A DNA stretch of 24,000 bases from an uncultured cyanobacterium (GTDB lineage Bacteria > Cyanobacteriota > Cyanobacteriia > Phormidesmidales > Phormidesmidaceae). Below, in pieces: positions 1 through 9,068 of this stretch. The stretch covers positions 123,742 to 147,741 of the forward strand of contig CAWISM010000021.1 in NCBI GenBank assembly GCA_963838725.1. Direction: 5' to 3'. A program made the position numbers and the translations under genes. How positions within the stretch are numbered: position 1 is the first letter of the stretch; every line of letters starts with the position of its first letter. A model generated the notes under the pieces. The model was not told where the DNA came from, searched no databases, and saw nothing but the letters and a program-made list of their open reading frames with translations.

Positions 1-2046
1 TATCTACTCAATCAGGCTCTTGTCCCTCACAACATCTACGCGCAGGTTTCCCACAGCGCAGTGGCCGGACGGCTGAAGGTGCTAGTCGAGTTTGAACGTC
101 CACCACAGCCGCAGCGGTTAATTCGATTTATTTGCGATCGCATCTACACGCTCAATTCCGACCTGATCGAAGGCGTTCACCTAATTGCCCGCACCGTCGG
201 CTCCGCCAAAACCGACTGGGAAGAGCGCATTCGCATTCCCACCGCCAGCCAGCGCCAGCCTGCTTCAGCCAGTTCAGATAGTCCGGCTAGTCCTGTAGAG
301 GCTGACCACACAAAGACTGACCAAGCAGAAACTGACCAAGCAGAAACTGACCAGTCAGACCTGAAGCTATTACACGAGTCTGCCCGCAGTAAAATCGCCC
401 GTCAGGTTATCCGCAGCCAGTTCAAATTCTTTCGCGCCGCGCTGCTCTCTGGGACCGCAACCGCCGCTTTCATCTTCGGCGGTTTAACCGATCTTATCCT
501 GTCAGAACGGCTCTCGACCTCTGTCGCGGTTCAGCCCGAGGTAGCGCTGCCTCGCTGGTACGAAGACAGCCCGTCCGAAGTAACAGACTCTGAAGCTACA
601 GAAGTTGTCCACACCTCAGGAGCTTCTGCGGCGCGCTTTACTGGCAGAACAGTCGAGGCCGCATTAGAAACGGTTTCGGTGATTCCACATCGAGCCGTCG
701 CCTATCCTCAAGATCCAACCGTCACTCTGCTGTTTGGCGGCGAACTAGGTCTTAATGACTTTGTCTTTGAGGACGCACAGAGTCTGAATCAGCTATTTTC
801 CGAGCTAGGGATTTACCAAAGAGCCGATGTGGCCATGCTCGGACTCTCGGAACCGCTCGCCACGCCCAGCACATCCCTACAAGAAAGCTTCTACCACCGC
901 ACCCGCCCCGAAGCGGTACAGGCTCTCAAAGCGGGCGGTGTCGATATCGTTAGTCTAGCGAGTGAGGGCACGCTGACCTACGGGTCGAGGGGGCTCGATG
1001 AAACCATTAGAACGCTTGACCAGGAAGGGCTGTATCGGATTGGGGCGGGGCGCAATCAGCTAGAGGCTCACCGACCCGAGATTCTAGAAGTCAAAGGGCA
1101 GCGGATTGCCTACCTGGGCTATAACCCTGAAACGCTAAAGGCGGCTCAAGCAGACAGTGCGGGGGTTGCATCCGCTAGCAGCGAAGAACGGCAGCACATC
1201 CTAGAAGATATTGAGACGATTCGGTCTCAGGTGGATTGGATCGTGGTGAACTATCGCTGGGGCGATATGTTGGACGCTTCAGTAGAGGACAGTGATGGAG
1301 CAGCAGACGCTACAGCCTTTGGCGTGCCTGCTGATTGGCAGCGATCGCTAGCTCATGATGCAATTGATGCTGGGGCAGATTTAGTTGTGGGCTATCATCC
1401 TAGCCAGATCCAGGGCGCAGAGATCTACAAGGACCGGGCGATCGCCTATTCTCTAGGCGACTTCGTTTTTGGTTCCGCCCCTTTCGAGGACCATGACACC
1501 GTTGCGCTGCGAGTCTCACTGCGCAATCGACGGATGAAAGCAGAGTTTCTCCCTATCAGCATCCGAGACTCGCAGCCAGCAATGGCCACAGGAGATCACG
1601 GCAGCGCCATCCTGCAAAATATTCGCCGCGCCTCATCCGCGTTCGATCAGCCGATGGAATTCCCGGCAGTATTACAGGCGCAATCTTCTAGCTCAGAAGC
1701 AGCTTCTCCTGCGGCTGCTCTTAAACCGATACAGGCAGACGAACTACAGGCAGATGAACTACAGGCAGACGAACTACAGGCAGATGAACTACAGGCAGAT
1801 GAACTACAGGCAGATGAACTACAGGCAGATGAACTACAGACAAATGAACTGACAGATGAACGTGCTCAGCCTCTACCTGCTGCTGGTTCGTCCTCAGATT
1901 CATTTTCTGCTCCTTTCATCGAACCCGATGTCGAACCCGTTTTACTGCCTGACCCCTCTCGTCATGACTCGCCCCACCCGATTTTGCACGAGTCAGATGC
2001 GCTCTTCTTGATGGAGTCTGATCGTAGAGAAGTAGAAACAGACTAA
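1..2046 (+). CDS. CapA (PGA_cap) family metallophosphoesterase-like protein, membrane-anchored, with two acidic pentapeptide-repeat tracts; 5' end probably outside the window
   Basis: Track ORF 61..2046 begins at GTG, but the same frame has no stop back to base 1, so the gene may start upstream. CapA-type motifs in the translation: VTLLFGGELGLND, VVGYHPSQIQGAEIY, IAYSLGDFVFG. One hydrophobic helix (AALLSGTATAAFIFGGLTDLIL). Confidence 0.7.
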   Translation, partial: YLLNQALVPHNIYAQVSHSAVAGRLKVLVEFERPPQPQRLIRFICDRIYTLNSDLIEGVHLIARTVGSAKTDWEERIRIPTASQRQPASASSDSPASPVEADHTKTDQAETDQAETDQSDLKLLHESARSKIARQVIRSQFKFFRAALLSGTATAAFIFGGLTDLILSERLSTSVAVQPEVALPRWYEDSPSEVTDSEATEVVHTSGASAARFTGRTVEAALETVSVIPHRAVAYPQDPTVTLLFGGELGLNDFVFEDAQSLNQLFSELGIYQRADVAMLGLSEPLATPSTSLQESFYHRTRPEAVQALKAGGVDIVSLASEGTLTYGSRGLDETIRTLDQEGLYRIGAGRNQLEAHRPEILEVKGQRIAYLGYNPETLKAAQADSAGVASASSEERQHILEDIETIRSQVDWIVVNYRWGDMLDASVEDSDGAADATAFGVPADWQRSLAHDAIDAGADLVVGYHPSQIQGAEIYKDRAIAYSLGDFVFGSAPFEDHDTVALRVSLRNRRMKAEFLPISIRDSQPAMATGDHGSAILQNIRRASSAFDQPMEFPAVLQAQSSSSEAASPAAALKPIQADELQADELQADELQADELQADELQADELQADELQTNELTDERAQPLPAAGSSSDSFSAPFIEPDVEPVLLPDPSRHDSPHPILHESDALFLMESDRREVETD
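316..360 (+). repeat. In-frame 15-bp tandem repeat x3 (TDQAE-TDQAE-TDQSD) inside the CapA-family gene
   Basis: actgaccaagcagaa at 316-330 and 331-345, then actgaccagtcagac at 346-360. Confidence 0.95.
1735..1839 (+). repeat. In-frame 15-bp tandem repeat x7 encoding (ADELQ)7, followed by a degenerate unit (TNELTDE)
   Basis: gcaga[c/t]gaactacag repeated head to tail seven times. The only variation is the synonymous GAC/GAT. The antisense track ORF 1721..1903 is its shadow. Confidence 0.95.
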
Positions 2047-2534
2047 TTGCGATCGCATCTAATAATCAGTAGAAACACGGTTCCGCTGTGATTTCGTCAT
2101 CTTTTTTTACCTGACAGGGAAGGCTTGAATATGTGCCAATATTCATAGCTACGGATAGCTTTAGGCTTCTGCCGGCCGCGCATAATAATATTTGTATGTG
2201 TGAAAAGAAGCCGTTTCAGCTAGCTAGTTAAAACGCTTTCCGTCGTTAAAATCCCTCGCCACAAAGGATTCAGCAGACCCTGATGATGACATCTGTACTC
2301 AATTCTCTCCCACCTATCTGTAGTCAATCCATACATACAAGCTGCAACAAATGTATGGGTCACTCATATAGCTGGCTGACCATAGGTATGAAAAACATTT
2401 CTATCTTCGATGATGTTTTTGAAACTTCGATATAAAATCTTCAGGATTTGATTATCGCTGTCCGTATATATGAAAAGCGGAACTGTCACTAGACATACCG
2501 CCGAACACTACTTCTGAACCGTCATTTGTGAGAT

Positions 2535-2783
2535 ATGAAAAAAATGGGTAGGGCAGGCAAAGCACTCAAGTGCGTTCTCCAGCAATATGGCATCAGTCAA
2601 AACAGACTGGCTGTCACAATGGGGGTGGCTCGGTCCACCGTCAATCAATGGGTCAATGAGGTTAGCGATCCGCTAGCCGATTCTATTCCAGATATCATCA
2701 CTGCCCTAGACACTTTAGAACCCTCTGCGGCACAGATCTTCTTACAGCTATACATTCAGCGTACAGGCTCGCCGACTAATTAA
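2535..2783 (+). CDS. Small XRE/Cro-type helix-turn-helix DNA-binding protein (82 aa)
   Basis: HTH_3-like segment [23 protein letters not shown]. Preceded by a 488-bp AT-rich non-coding stretch. Confidence 0.6.
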   Translation: MKKMGRAGKALKCVLQQYGISQNRLAVTMGVARSTVNQWVNEVSDPLADSIPDIITALDTLEPSAAQIFLQLYIQRTGSPTN

Positions 2784-2818
2784 TTCTGCGCTCTGTAGGG
2801 ACGTAACATGCTACGCCC

Positions 2819-4462
2819 CTACGGTAGCCAGATCGGATGTCTGCCTGCGATATCGAGCGATGTGGGTGCTAGTGAGACTGGCGTTCCCGCTCTTCGCTCC
2901 TCCAAAGTACTAAAAAGCGGCAGCAGCCATAGCCGATGAGTCGGCTCTGTATGGTCGCTGGGACCAGCCTCTTCTGTGATGGCTTCATCAAATAAAATGG
3001 CAAGTCCATCCGGGGCCAGATCGATAGTAATCTCAGACTGCGGCGGAAGCTCTATCAGCTTCTGAGCTTCACCAGTGTCTACATTGACAGCAGCTAGATA
3101 TGAGCTAGCTCGGTAGCTTTCTTCATATACGTTGATATAGGGATCTTCGGGTGAACCCGATTCGTCAGGCGTCTCATTATCAGCCTCATTATCAGCCTCC
3201 TCGTCTGGCACCACCTGGGTGATCAAGCTGTATAACAGCTTGCCGTCTTGATCAAACTGGGCGCTAATGATTGAACCATCGGTGTCTAGTAAAGGTTTTT
3301 CCTCGCCTTGATTAGATACTAGAAACAGCGTTTGGGTAAATCGCCGCTCTGGATCGTCTTGGTTGAAGTTGACGAGCGCGGCGGAACTGCCGTCTCTAGC
3401 GATATCTAAAGTAAGACCGTAGTTGGGAAGAAAGTCGATTAGCGTCTCTGACTGTGTTCCTGACTGGCTGTCATCAGCCTGTTTCGCCTCATCTACGGGC
3501 TCTAGAGAGAGAATAGCAGTGCCCTGCCCTTGCTGAAGCAATAAGGAACTGCTGTCAGGGGCGATTCTAAAGTCTCCACCAGGCTCAGTGTCTAGCTTTC
3601 TAGGCGGCTGGCCAGCCTGCAAAACCCACTGCCCAAAGTCGGCTGGATTATTTTGACTGACGCGCTGTACGACGATGGTTTGACCATCTGGGGATAGGTC
3701 AAAGTTAAGGTTTTGATAGTCGCGGTTGTCTAGTATCAGCTCTGTGACACCGGCTTCAGCAGCATCCGGCTGCGGCCAGAGCTTCCATATAGGTCTGGCA
3801 GAGGGTGCGGCTAGTCCAGTCGTGACGCTGTAGAGCTGGGCGGTTGCTGTCCGGTTAGTGTCATCTGCGGCGCTGACGGCTGAAAACAGAATGCGATCGC
3901 GCTCTGGATACGGCAAAAAGTCTAAAACAAGCTGATCTTCTGGTGTGAGCAGCGTCTTCTTTTTCTGGGTGAGGTTGAACAGAACGAGTCGTCCGGACTG
4001 ATCGCCTTCTGCGCCAATGTAGGCAAAGACGCGATCGCGCGTCTCAAACTCACTTTCAAACGGTTCGAATCCTGCCTTGCGATTGAGCGCCTGAGCATTG
4101 GGTAGCGTGATTTCGTAGGTTTCACCATAGGGCGCAGGCATATCTAGGGTGTAGGCCATGCGGCGTCCGGCCCAGCTAAACTTGCCGGAGAGTGAAGGCT
4201 CAATGCGTAAATTCTCTTCGACGCTTTGAGGGTCCATCGGCTGGCTAAACGTCAGCAGGAACGCTACGTCATTGGTGTTGACCATTTGATTTTGCCAGGA
4301 AAACTCTCTAACGCGAGGTAGCGCCTGCGAGCCTAGCAACAGCATGACGACAATCACCACGCTCAACAGCGCCATGACAGCAACAGCAGCGCGATCAAGC
4401 GGCTGGCTAAGAAATCGACTAGACCGCTGGCTGAGCGGCTGACGTGAAGGGCGCTGAGTCAT
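2819..4462 (-). CDS. Membrane-anchored periplasmic protein with PD40/TolB-like beta-propeller repeats (conserved hypothetical)
   Basis: N-terminal anchor AAVAVMALLSVVIVVMLLLG. Recurrent PD40-like motifs LSPDGQTIV, IAPDSSSLL, IARDGSSAAL, LAPDGLAILF. Start codon overlaps the stop of the upstream gene (TAATG at 4460-4464). Confidence 0.55.
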   Translation of the reverse strand: MTQRPSRQPLSQRSSRFLSQPLDRAAVAVMALLSVVIVVMLLLGSQALPRVREFSWQNQMVNTNDVAFLLTFSQPMDPQSVEENLRIEPSLSGKFSWAGRRMAYTLDMPAPYGETYEITLPNAQALNRKAGFEPFESEFETRDRVFAYIGAEGDQSGRLVLFNLTQKKKTLLTPEDQLVLDFLPYPERDRILFSAVSAADDTNRTATAQLYSVTTGLAAPSARPIWKLWPQPDAAEAGVTELILDNRDYQNLNFDLSPDGQTIVVQRVSQNNPADFGQWVLQAGQPPRKLDTEPGGDFRIAPDSSSLLLQQGQGTAILSLEPVDEAKQADDSQSGTQSETLIDFLPNYGLTLDIARDGSSAALVNFNQDDPERRFTQTLFLVSNQGEEKPLLDTDGSIISAQFDQDGKLLYSLITQVVPDEEADNEADNETPDESGSPEDPYINVYEESYRASSYLAAVNVDTGEAQKLIELPPQSEITIDLAPDGLAILFDEAITEEAGPSDHTEPTHRLWLLPLFSTLEERRAGTPVSLAPTSLDIAGRHPIWLP

Positions 4463-5286
4463 TAGTACTCGTAGGGATTCTTCGGTTCTTCGATTTGGCG
4501 TAGGGTAGTGGGTGCGATCGCGAGCTGTCGTCGTTCGTCTAGCACTTCGGTTTGCATTTGCCCGATCACCGATAGCCAGCTATCAACCGGATAGTCGTCT
4601 CTAGTCGCAGTGCCTGAGAGCTTAACGGGTAGGCCCACCGGATAGGCATCTGCCGCACAGCAAGTCAGCACAAACCGCGACACCATCAGATAGTCCTCTG
4701 GCCAGGTATCCGGATGGATCACAAACCCTGATAGGTCAACCCCGTCACCTTCGTAGGCGTCGGGCTCTGGGTAAACGTTCACCAGCCGAATCCAGTCAAT
4801 GATTGTGCGCTCTTCTGGCGCAGCGGCCCGCTCAAACCGCTGCGGCTGGGCTCTCGTCAAAGAAAGCGTATCAGAAATACCGCGCTGCGCTGCCGTTTGA
4901 CTGGCAAAGGCTCTAGGCGTGTAGATTAGGCCAAAGACAGCCACCGCTAGCAAAACGGCACTGCTGAAGTTGCCCGGTAGCAAAGTGATGTGACCTTGAG
5001 CGCTGTCTGTAGATTGCGCGCCAGTCTGGCTAGCTCGGTAAGTGCGTACTGTTTGCCATGCCCGGTAGAGCGCTAGAAACGCCAGAATGACAGCCGCCGA
5101 ATTGGAGAGCCAAGCATAGTCAGGATGCAGTAGCAGCAGCAGCTTGCCGCCAAACCAGTAGCGGAATAGCATCGCGCTCCACACCCCAATTGCCAACACG
5201 TCTAAAATATCTCGCCAGGGCAGGCGGGCTGAACGAGGTCGCTGGGTACGGGGACGCTGGGCTGGATTGGAGGAACGCGATCGCAT
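4462..5286 (-). CDS. TIGR03943/DUF1980 family protein (putative partner subunit of the adjacent permease)
   Basis: Two or three N-terminal TM helices, then a soluble domain with FVLTCCAADAYPVGLPV, which is typical of this family. Sits 32 nt downstream of a COG0701 permease, the usual pairing. Confidence 0.65.
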   Translation of the reverse strand: MRSRSSNPAQRPRTQRPRSARLPWRDILDVLAIGVWSAMLFRYWFGGKLLLLLHPDYAWLSNSAAVILAFLALYRAWQTVRTYRASQTGAQSTDSAQGHITLLPGNFSSAVLLAVAVFGLIYTPRAFASQTAAQRGISDTLSLTRAQPQRFERAAAPEERTIIDWIRLVNVYPEPDAYEGDGVDLSGFVIHPDTWPEDYLMVSRFVLTCCAADAYPVGLPVKLSGTATRDDYPVDSWLSVIGQMQTEVLDERRQLAIAPTTLRQIEEPKNPYEY

Positions 5287-5318
5287 AGAAACTATTCAAC
5301 CAAAACTACTTAACCGAA

Positions 5319-6353
5319 TCACCCAATATACAAATTGACAAACAGCGCCAGAACAAAGCTCATCATCGCCGCCAATACAAAGAGATAGAGTACCGCTCTG
5401 CCTTTGAAGACCGTTAGCAGCAGGCCAATATTTTTGAGATCGATCATCGGCCCGAAGATTAAAAAGGCTAGCAGCGAACCGCTGGTAAAGGTAGAAGCAA
5501 ACGATAGCGCAAAGAACGAATCGACTGTCGAGCAGATAGACACTACCGCCGCTAGGATCATCATCGCTAGAATCGAGGACACCATGCCTTGACCCAGGCC
5601 CAAGATGGTCTCTCTAGGAATCGCGACTTGTACCGTGGCGGCGATCGCACTACCGAATACCAAAACTGCACCGAGCTCGCGCAGCTCACGCACCATATTC
5701 TCTATCGCCGACTCAAACTTGCTGGCAACCGGCTGCTCTAGGATCGGATTGGCAACTAACCGCTGCGCTTCGGGTGTATCTAGCTGAAAAGCGCTTTCCC
5801 CCGCGCCCGCGAGAAAGGTGCCTCCTTGCAACAAAGCTGGTGGGTTTAGCTCTGTCGATTTCTCTGCTGATTTTTTGGGCACCTGCTGCCCGCGAAATCG
5901 ACTGCGCTCTACTGTCTGCTGTAAAAAAGGACCAATATCTGTCTGACGGCTAAACACCCAGCCAATTGAGGTGGCAATTATTAGTGAAAAGCCTATCCGT
6001 AGAAAAACAATTTCTGGCTGACCTCTAAAAGCAACCCAGGTCGCCCAAAACACCACCGGGTTGATCGTTGGCGCAGCCAGCAAAAAGCCAATCGATACTG
6101 CTGTAGGTGCGCCCTGCACAATTAGCCGCCGCGCCACTGGCACATTTCCACACTCGCAGACGGGAAACAGCAGGCCGATTAGACTGCCAACTAGCGCTCC
6201 TAGCAGTGGGTTCTTCGGCAGTATGCCGACTAGCTGGCGATCGTCAACGAAAAATAGCAGCAGGCTTGAAAAAGCAACGCCAATCAACAAGAAAGGAACA
6301 GCTTCTACCAGCAAGCTAAGAAACAGGGTGAATCCTGTATTGAGTTGAACCAT
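5319..6353 (-). CDS. COG0701/DUF318 (ArsP-like) predicted permease
   Basis: Polytopic membrane protein with the family motif FPVCECGNVPVARRL and a second half containing ICSTVDSFFALSF. Confidence 0.7.
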   Translation of the reverse strand: MVQLNTGFTLFLSLLVEAVPFLLIGVAFSSLLLFFVDDRQLVGILPKNPLLGALVGSLIGLLFPVCECGNVPVARRLIVQGAPTAVSIGFLLAAPTINPVVFWATWVAFRGQPEIVFLRIGFSLIIATSIGWVFSRQTDIGPFLQQTVERSRFRGQQVPKKSAEKSTELNPPALLQGGTFLAGAGESAFQLDTPEAQRLVANPILEQPVASKFESAIENMVRELRELGAVLVFGSAIAATVQVAIPRETILGLGQGMVSSILAMMILAAVVSICSTVDSFFALSFASTFTSGSLLAFLIFGPMIDLKNIGLLLTVFKGRAVLYLFVLAAMMSFVLALFVNLYIG

Positions 6354-6433
6354 TTATCAGGAAATGGGTCTCAAGAACCCGGTACCAAGGAAACTGACCA
6401 AAGCGAACACATCCTACTATAGTTTTGGTCACC

Positions 6434-6477
6434 TCAAGTGACACGCCTTACCGAATTCATTCGGTACAGGCTGTATA
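6434..6477 (-). repeat. Hairpin-forming intergenic repeat, copy 1 (related copy at 8966-9030)
   Basis: tcaagtgacacgcc-ttaccgaa-ttca-ttcggtacagg-ctgtata. Lies just downstream of the surE stop on the minus strand. Shares tcaagtgac[a/g]cgcc ... cggtacaggct[g/a]tat with copy 2. Confidence 0.7.
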
Positions 6478-6545
6478 GGCATTGCCAACTTTAACAACTT
6501 TTCTGTACTGGCTGCGCACTCACAGACCTTTTGTTACTAGGTAAC

Positions 6546-7241
6546 CTACCACATCTGAATTTTTACGACGCTAATCTGACCGTTCAGGCACACCTCGACA
6601 TCTGCGCCGCGATCGCGCAACCGCTTTTCATACGCGCCCACATAGCGAAATCCAGCTTCATCCACGACAAACTCAGTCGGCAGCGGCTGAGTGCACTGAT
6701 GACAAAATACGATACCGGGGTCGTCGTCACTGCCATCTAGAGGCGGTGCAGGCAGATTGACATTCCAAAATTCTCCAGGCTCAGCGCCCTTGTCCATTAG
6801 CTGTATCAAGACCTGGCGGGCTAGCCGGGTTGCCCGAGACCAGTCAAACGGCTGAGATCGGTAGCGATATTGAGAAATAGCAATGCCAGGTTTCCGCAGC
6901 AAAGCGGCCTCTCTCACGGCGGCCACTGTCCCAGAGACATAGGTATCAGAGCCCATATTCCCGCCCGCGTTAATGCCAGAGAGCACCCAGTCCGCTGCTG
7001 GATGAAGATGACTAATCGCAACTCGGCTACAGTCCGCTGGCGTACCGCCAATCGCATATTCGCTGTCGCCACGCTGGTCAATAGCAATCACGCCGCCTCG
7101 ATTGAGCTGGTGGCTGCACCCAGACAGATGCGTATCGGGTGCCACTACCACCGCATCACCCAGTCCGTCTACAGCAGCTTGAAGCGCCAATATCCCCGGC
7201 GCACCAATCCCATCATCATTAGTCAACACAAATAAAGGCAT
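6546..7241 (-). CDS. surE: 5'/3'-nucleotidase SurE
   Basis: N-terminus MPLFVLTNDDGIGAPGILAL is the SurE signature (xxLxSNDDGxxAPGI). Also VVAPDTHLSGCSH and SGINAGGNMG. 3-nt spacer to dapF. Confidence 0.85.
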   Translation of the reverse strand: MPLFVLTNDDGIGAPGILALQAAVDGLGDAVVVAPDTHLSGCSHQLNRGGVIAIDQRGDSEYAIGGTPADCSRVAISHLHPAADWVLSGINAGGNMGSDTYVSGTVAAVREAALLRKPGIAISQYRYRSQPFDWSRATRLARQVLIQLMDKGAEPGEFWNVNLPAPPLDGSDDDPGIVFCHQCTQPLPTEFVVDEAGFRYVGAYEKRLRDRGADVEVCLNGQISVVKIQMW

Positions 7242-7244
7242 ATT

Positions 7245-8117
7245 CTATCGGCCTGCTGCATTAACGTCGACATCTCCAGAGAATATCAAAGTTGCCGGAC
7301 CCGTCATATAGACTCGATTGCTGTTTGCCCACTCAATCTCTAGATTGCCACCGGGCAGTTCGACAGTTGTTTGCCGCTCACACTTGCCATTGAGCACTGT
7401 CGCCACCACCAGCGCACAGGCACCCGTCCCACAGGCCAGCGTCGGACCAGCGCCGCGCTCCCAAACCTTCATCTTCAAGAAATCGGGCCGGACGACTTCT
7501 ACAAACTCTGTGTTGATTCGCGCGGGGAAAGCATTGTGGTTTTCAAACAGCGGCCCAATTTTTGCTAGCGGCACTGCTTCCACATCTTCAACAAAGGTGA
7601 TGCAGTGCGGATTGCCCATGCTCACGCAGGTGACCTGCCAGTCTTTACCATCGACTGTCAGCGTTTCATTGACAGCTTTGCCATCGGGAGTACCTAATGT
7701 CGTTGGGATATCCTTAGCGGTCAAAATTGGCTCACCCATATCTACCGTTACCTGACCATCCGGCTTCAGCTCGGGGCGGATCATGCCAGCGAGCGTGTGG
7801 ATGGTGTAGGTATGTGGCAGCGCTGGCGTTTTGCCGTCTTTGGCTTCTAGATCGGCGATGAACTTGGCTAGGCAGCGAATGCCGTTACCGCACATTTCAG
7901 GCTCTGAGCCGTCGGAGTTATAGATGCGCATGGTGTAGTCTGCGTTTTCTTTTCCCGGTAGAACGAAGATGACCCCATCTGCACCGATGCCAAAATTGCG
8001 ATCGCATACATCCACCGCCTGCGCTGGCGTAATCACTGGCTCCTCGCTAGCCCGGTTATCTATCAAAACGAAATCGTTGCCGAGACCGTGATACTTGCTA
8101 AACGGAAGGGTTGCCAT
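7245..8117 (-). CDS. dapF: Diaminopimelate epimerase
   Basis: [15 protein letters not shown], both catalytic Cys motifs (EMCGNGIRC and LACGTGACA), SMGNPHCI. Confidence 0.92.
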   Translation of the reverse strand: MATLPFSKYHGLGNDFVLIDNRASEEPVITPAQAVDVCDRNFGIGADGVIFVLPGKENADYTMRIYNSDGSEPEMCGNGIRCLAKFIADLEAKDGKTPALPHTYTIHTLAGMIRPELKPDGQVTVDMGEPILTAKDIPTTLGTPDGKAVNETLTVDGKDWQVTCVSMGNPHCITFVEDVEAVPLAKIGPLFENHNAFPARINTEFVEVVRPDFLKMKVWERGAGPTLACGTGACALVVATVLNGKCERQTTVELPGGNLEIEWANSNRVYMTGPATLIFSGDVDVNAAGR

Positions 8118-8289
8118 AGTGAACGAGAAGAGGGTACGAACTGCATCTTATACCGCTTCCTATCATCTAACTCTGTTTGACCATAACTCTGTTTGGCCAT
8201 ATAGACAGCTTCTATCGCTGCTATCGATCGCCACTGGAGCAAGGCGGGCAAGCTGAAGATGTCGCTTTTGACACCGCTCTTTGTTTTCT

Positions 8290-8514
8290 ATGGCTTCTTC
8301 TATGGCTTCTCAGACTTTCGATACCGGTCTACCTAGCATCCGCAAAGTTCAAACTCTGATTCGCAACAAGCAGACTGTTGAAGTCAAGCTGATGACTGGC
8401 GATATACTCTCTGGGGCGGTGAGCTGGCAAGATGCCAATGCAATTTGTGTAAAGGGAAGTGATGGCAACGACACGGTTTTGATGCGCGGCGCGATCGCCT
8501 ACGTCAAAGGGTAG
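8290..8514 (+). CDS. hfq: Cyanobacterial Hfq-like Sm protein
   Basis: FDTGLPSIRKVQTLIRNKQTVEVKLMTGDILSGAVSWQD...AIAYV matches the cyanobacterial Hfq pattern (FDTSLPSIRQLQNLIK..VEIKLVTGD...WQD...AIAY). Start is ambiguous: TTG 8281, ATG 8290 or ATG 8302. Confidence 0.8.
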   Translation: MASSMASQTFDTGLPSIRKVQTLIRNKQTVEVKLMTGDILSGAVSWQDANAICVKGSDGNDTVLMRGAIAYVKG

Positions 8515-8965
8515 ATCCAACCAGCAGCGTACTGATTCATTGGATACATTTTATTCGTACAGCCAACCGATACGATAGGCTCGGCTATATGGATGCACTA
8601 TTGAAAAAGACGAGGCTAGCGCCAGAGAGGTCCTAAGAGAGAGCGAGATCCGTGCTTTTGTTAGTAATATCAGCTAAAGAGCACGAGGTCAAAACCTGCA
8701 TTAGCTTGATCAATCAGCAGTCTCACGCCAGCATGTTCGAGAAGCTAGGCGTGCAGGCGATCAGCGACCTGGCTAGGATTGCGGCTCGATAGTTCTATCA
8801 ATATATTGACATATTGACTTAGAAAAGAAATGAGAATTAAGCTGACGGCAATCAGTTGCGATATCAGCAGATTTTTGCTGATTTCGATTGGAATGCCGCT
8901 GACTATAGCTTTGGTCACTTGACTGAGGTACAGCTTGCAGGCTAAAAGCACTGTGTTTCAACGGG

Positions 8966-9030
8966 TCAAGTGACGCGCCTGTACCGTAGGCCCCGCCTTC
9001 TCGAAGAGTATGCATCCGGTACAGGCTATA
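8966..9030 (-). repeat. Hairpin-forming intergenic repeat, copy 2
   Basis: tcaagtgacgcgcctgtaccg-(29 nt)-ccggtacaggctata. Arms gcctgtaccg / cggtacaggc. Lies just downstream of the DUF421 gene stop on the minus strand. Confidence 0.7.
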
Positions 9031-9068
9031 TTCCTTTTAGCTATGTTCTCCAGCCGTCGCTCTTGATT

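Noticed and set aside
1721-1903. 60-aa minus-strand ORF with a VVHLP repeat
   Set aside because: It is the antisense shadow of the (ADELQ)7 tandem repeat inside the CapA-family gene. It has no independent start context.
2047-2534. 488-bp AT-rich gene-free region upstream of the HTH gene as a mobile-element remnant or small-gene locus
   Set aside because: No terminal inverted repeats or transposase fragments were seen, and no ORF longer than about 38 codons on either strand. It is left unannotated.
2795-2822. Hairpin gtagggacgt-aacatgct-acgcccctac between the convergent HTH and PD40 genes as a bidirectional terminator
   Set aside because: The stem has a mismatch, there is no U tract on either side, and it overlaps the stop codon of the minus-strand gene. 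This is too weak to call.
4062-4072. GGTTCGAATCC (also GGGTTCGAATC at 12116-12126) as tRNA T-loop signatures
   Set aside because: The flanking bases cannot form a T-stem or acceptor stem, and both lie inside long conserved coding frames.
6061-7755. Plus-strand track ORFs (6061..6348, 6107..6319, 6531..6740, 6870..7235, 7318..7755, 7371..7568)
   Set aside because: All lie antisense within the well-supported permease, surE and dapF genes. Their products are Arg/Ser/Thr/Pro-rich, as expected for shadow frames.
8745-9015. Two overlapping minus-strand ORFs (68 and 80 aa) between hfq and the DUF421 gene
   Set aside because: They are mutually overlapping frames in an AT-rich spacer and have no recognisable motifs. 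The region is better explained by small hairpins, the atattgac duplication and the dispersed hairpin repeat.
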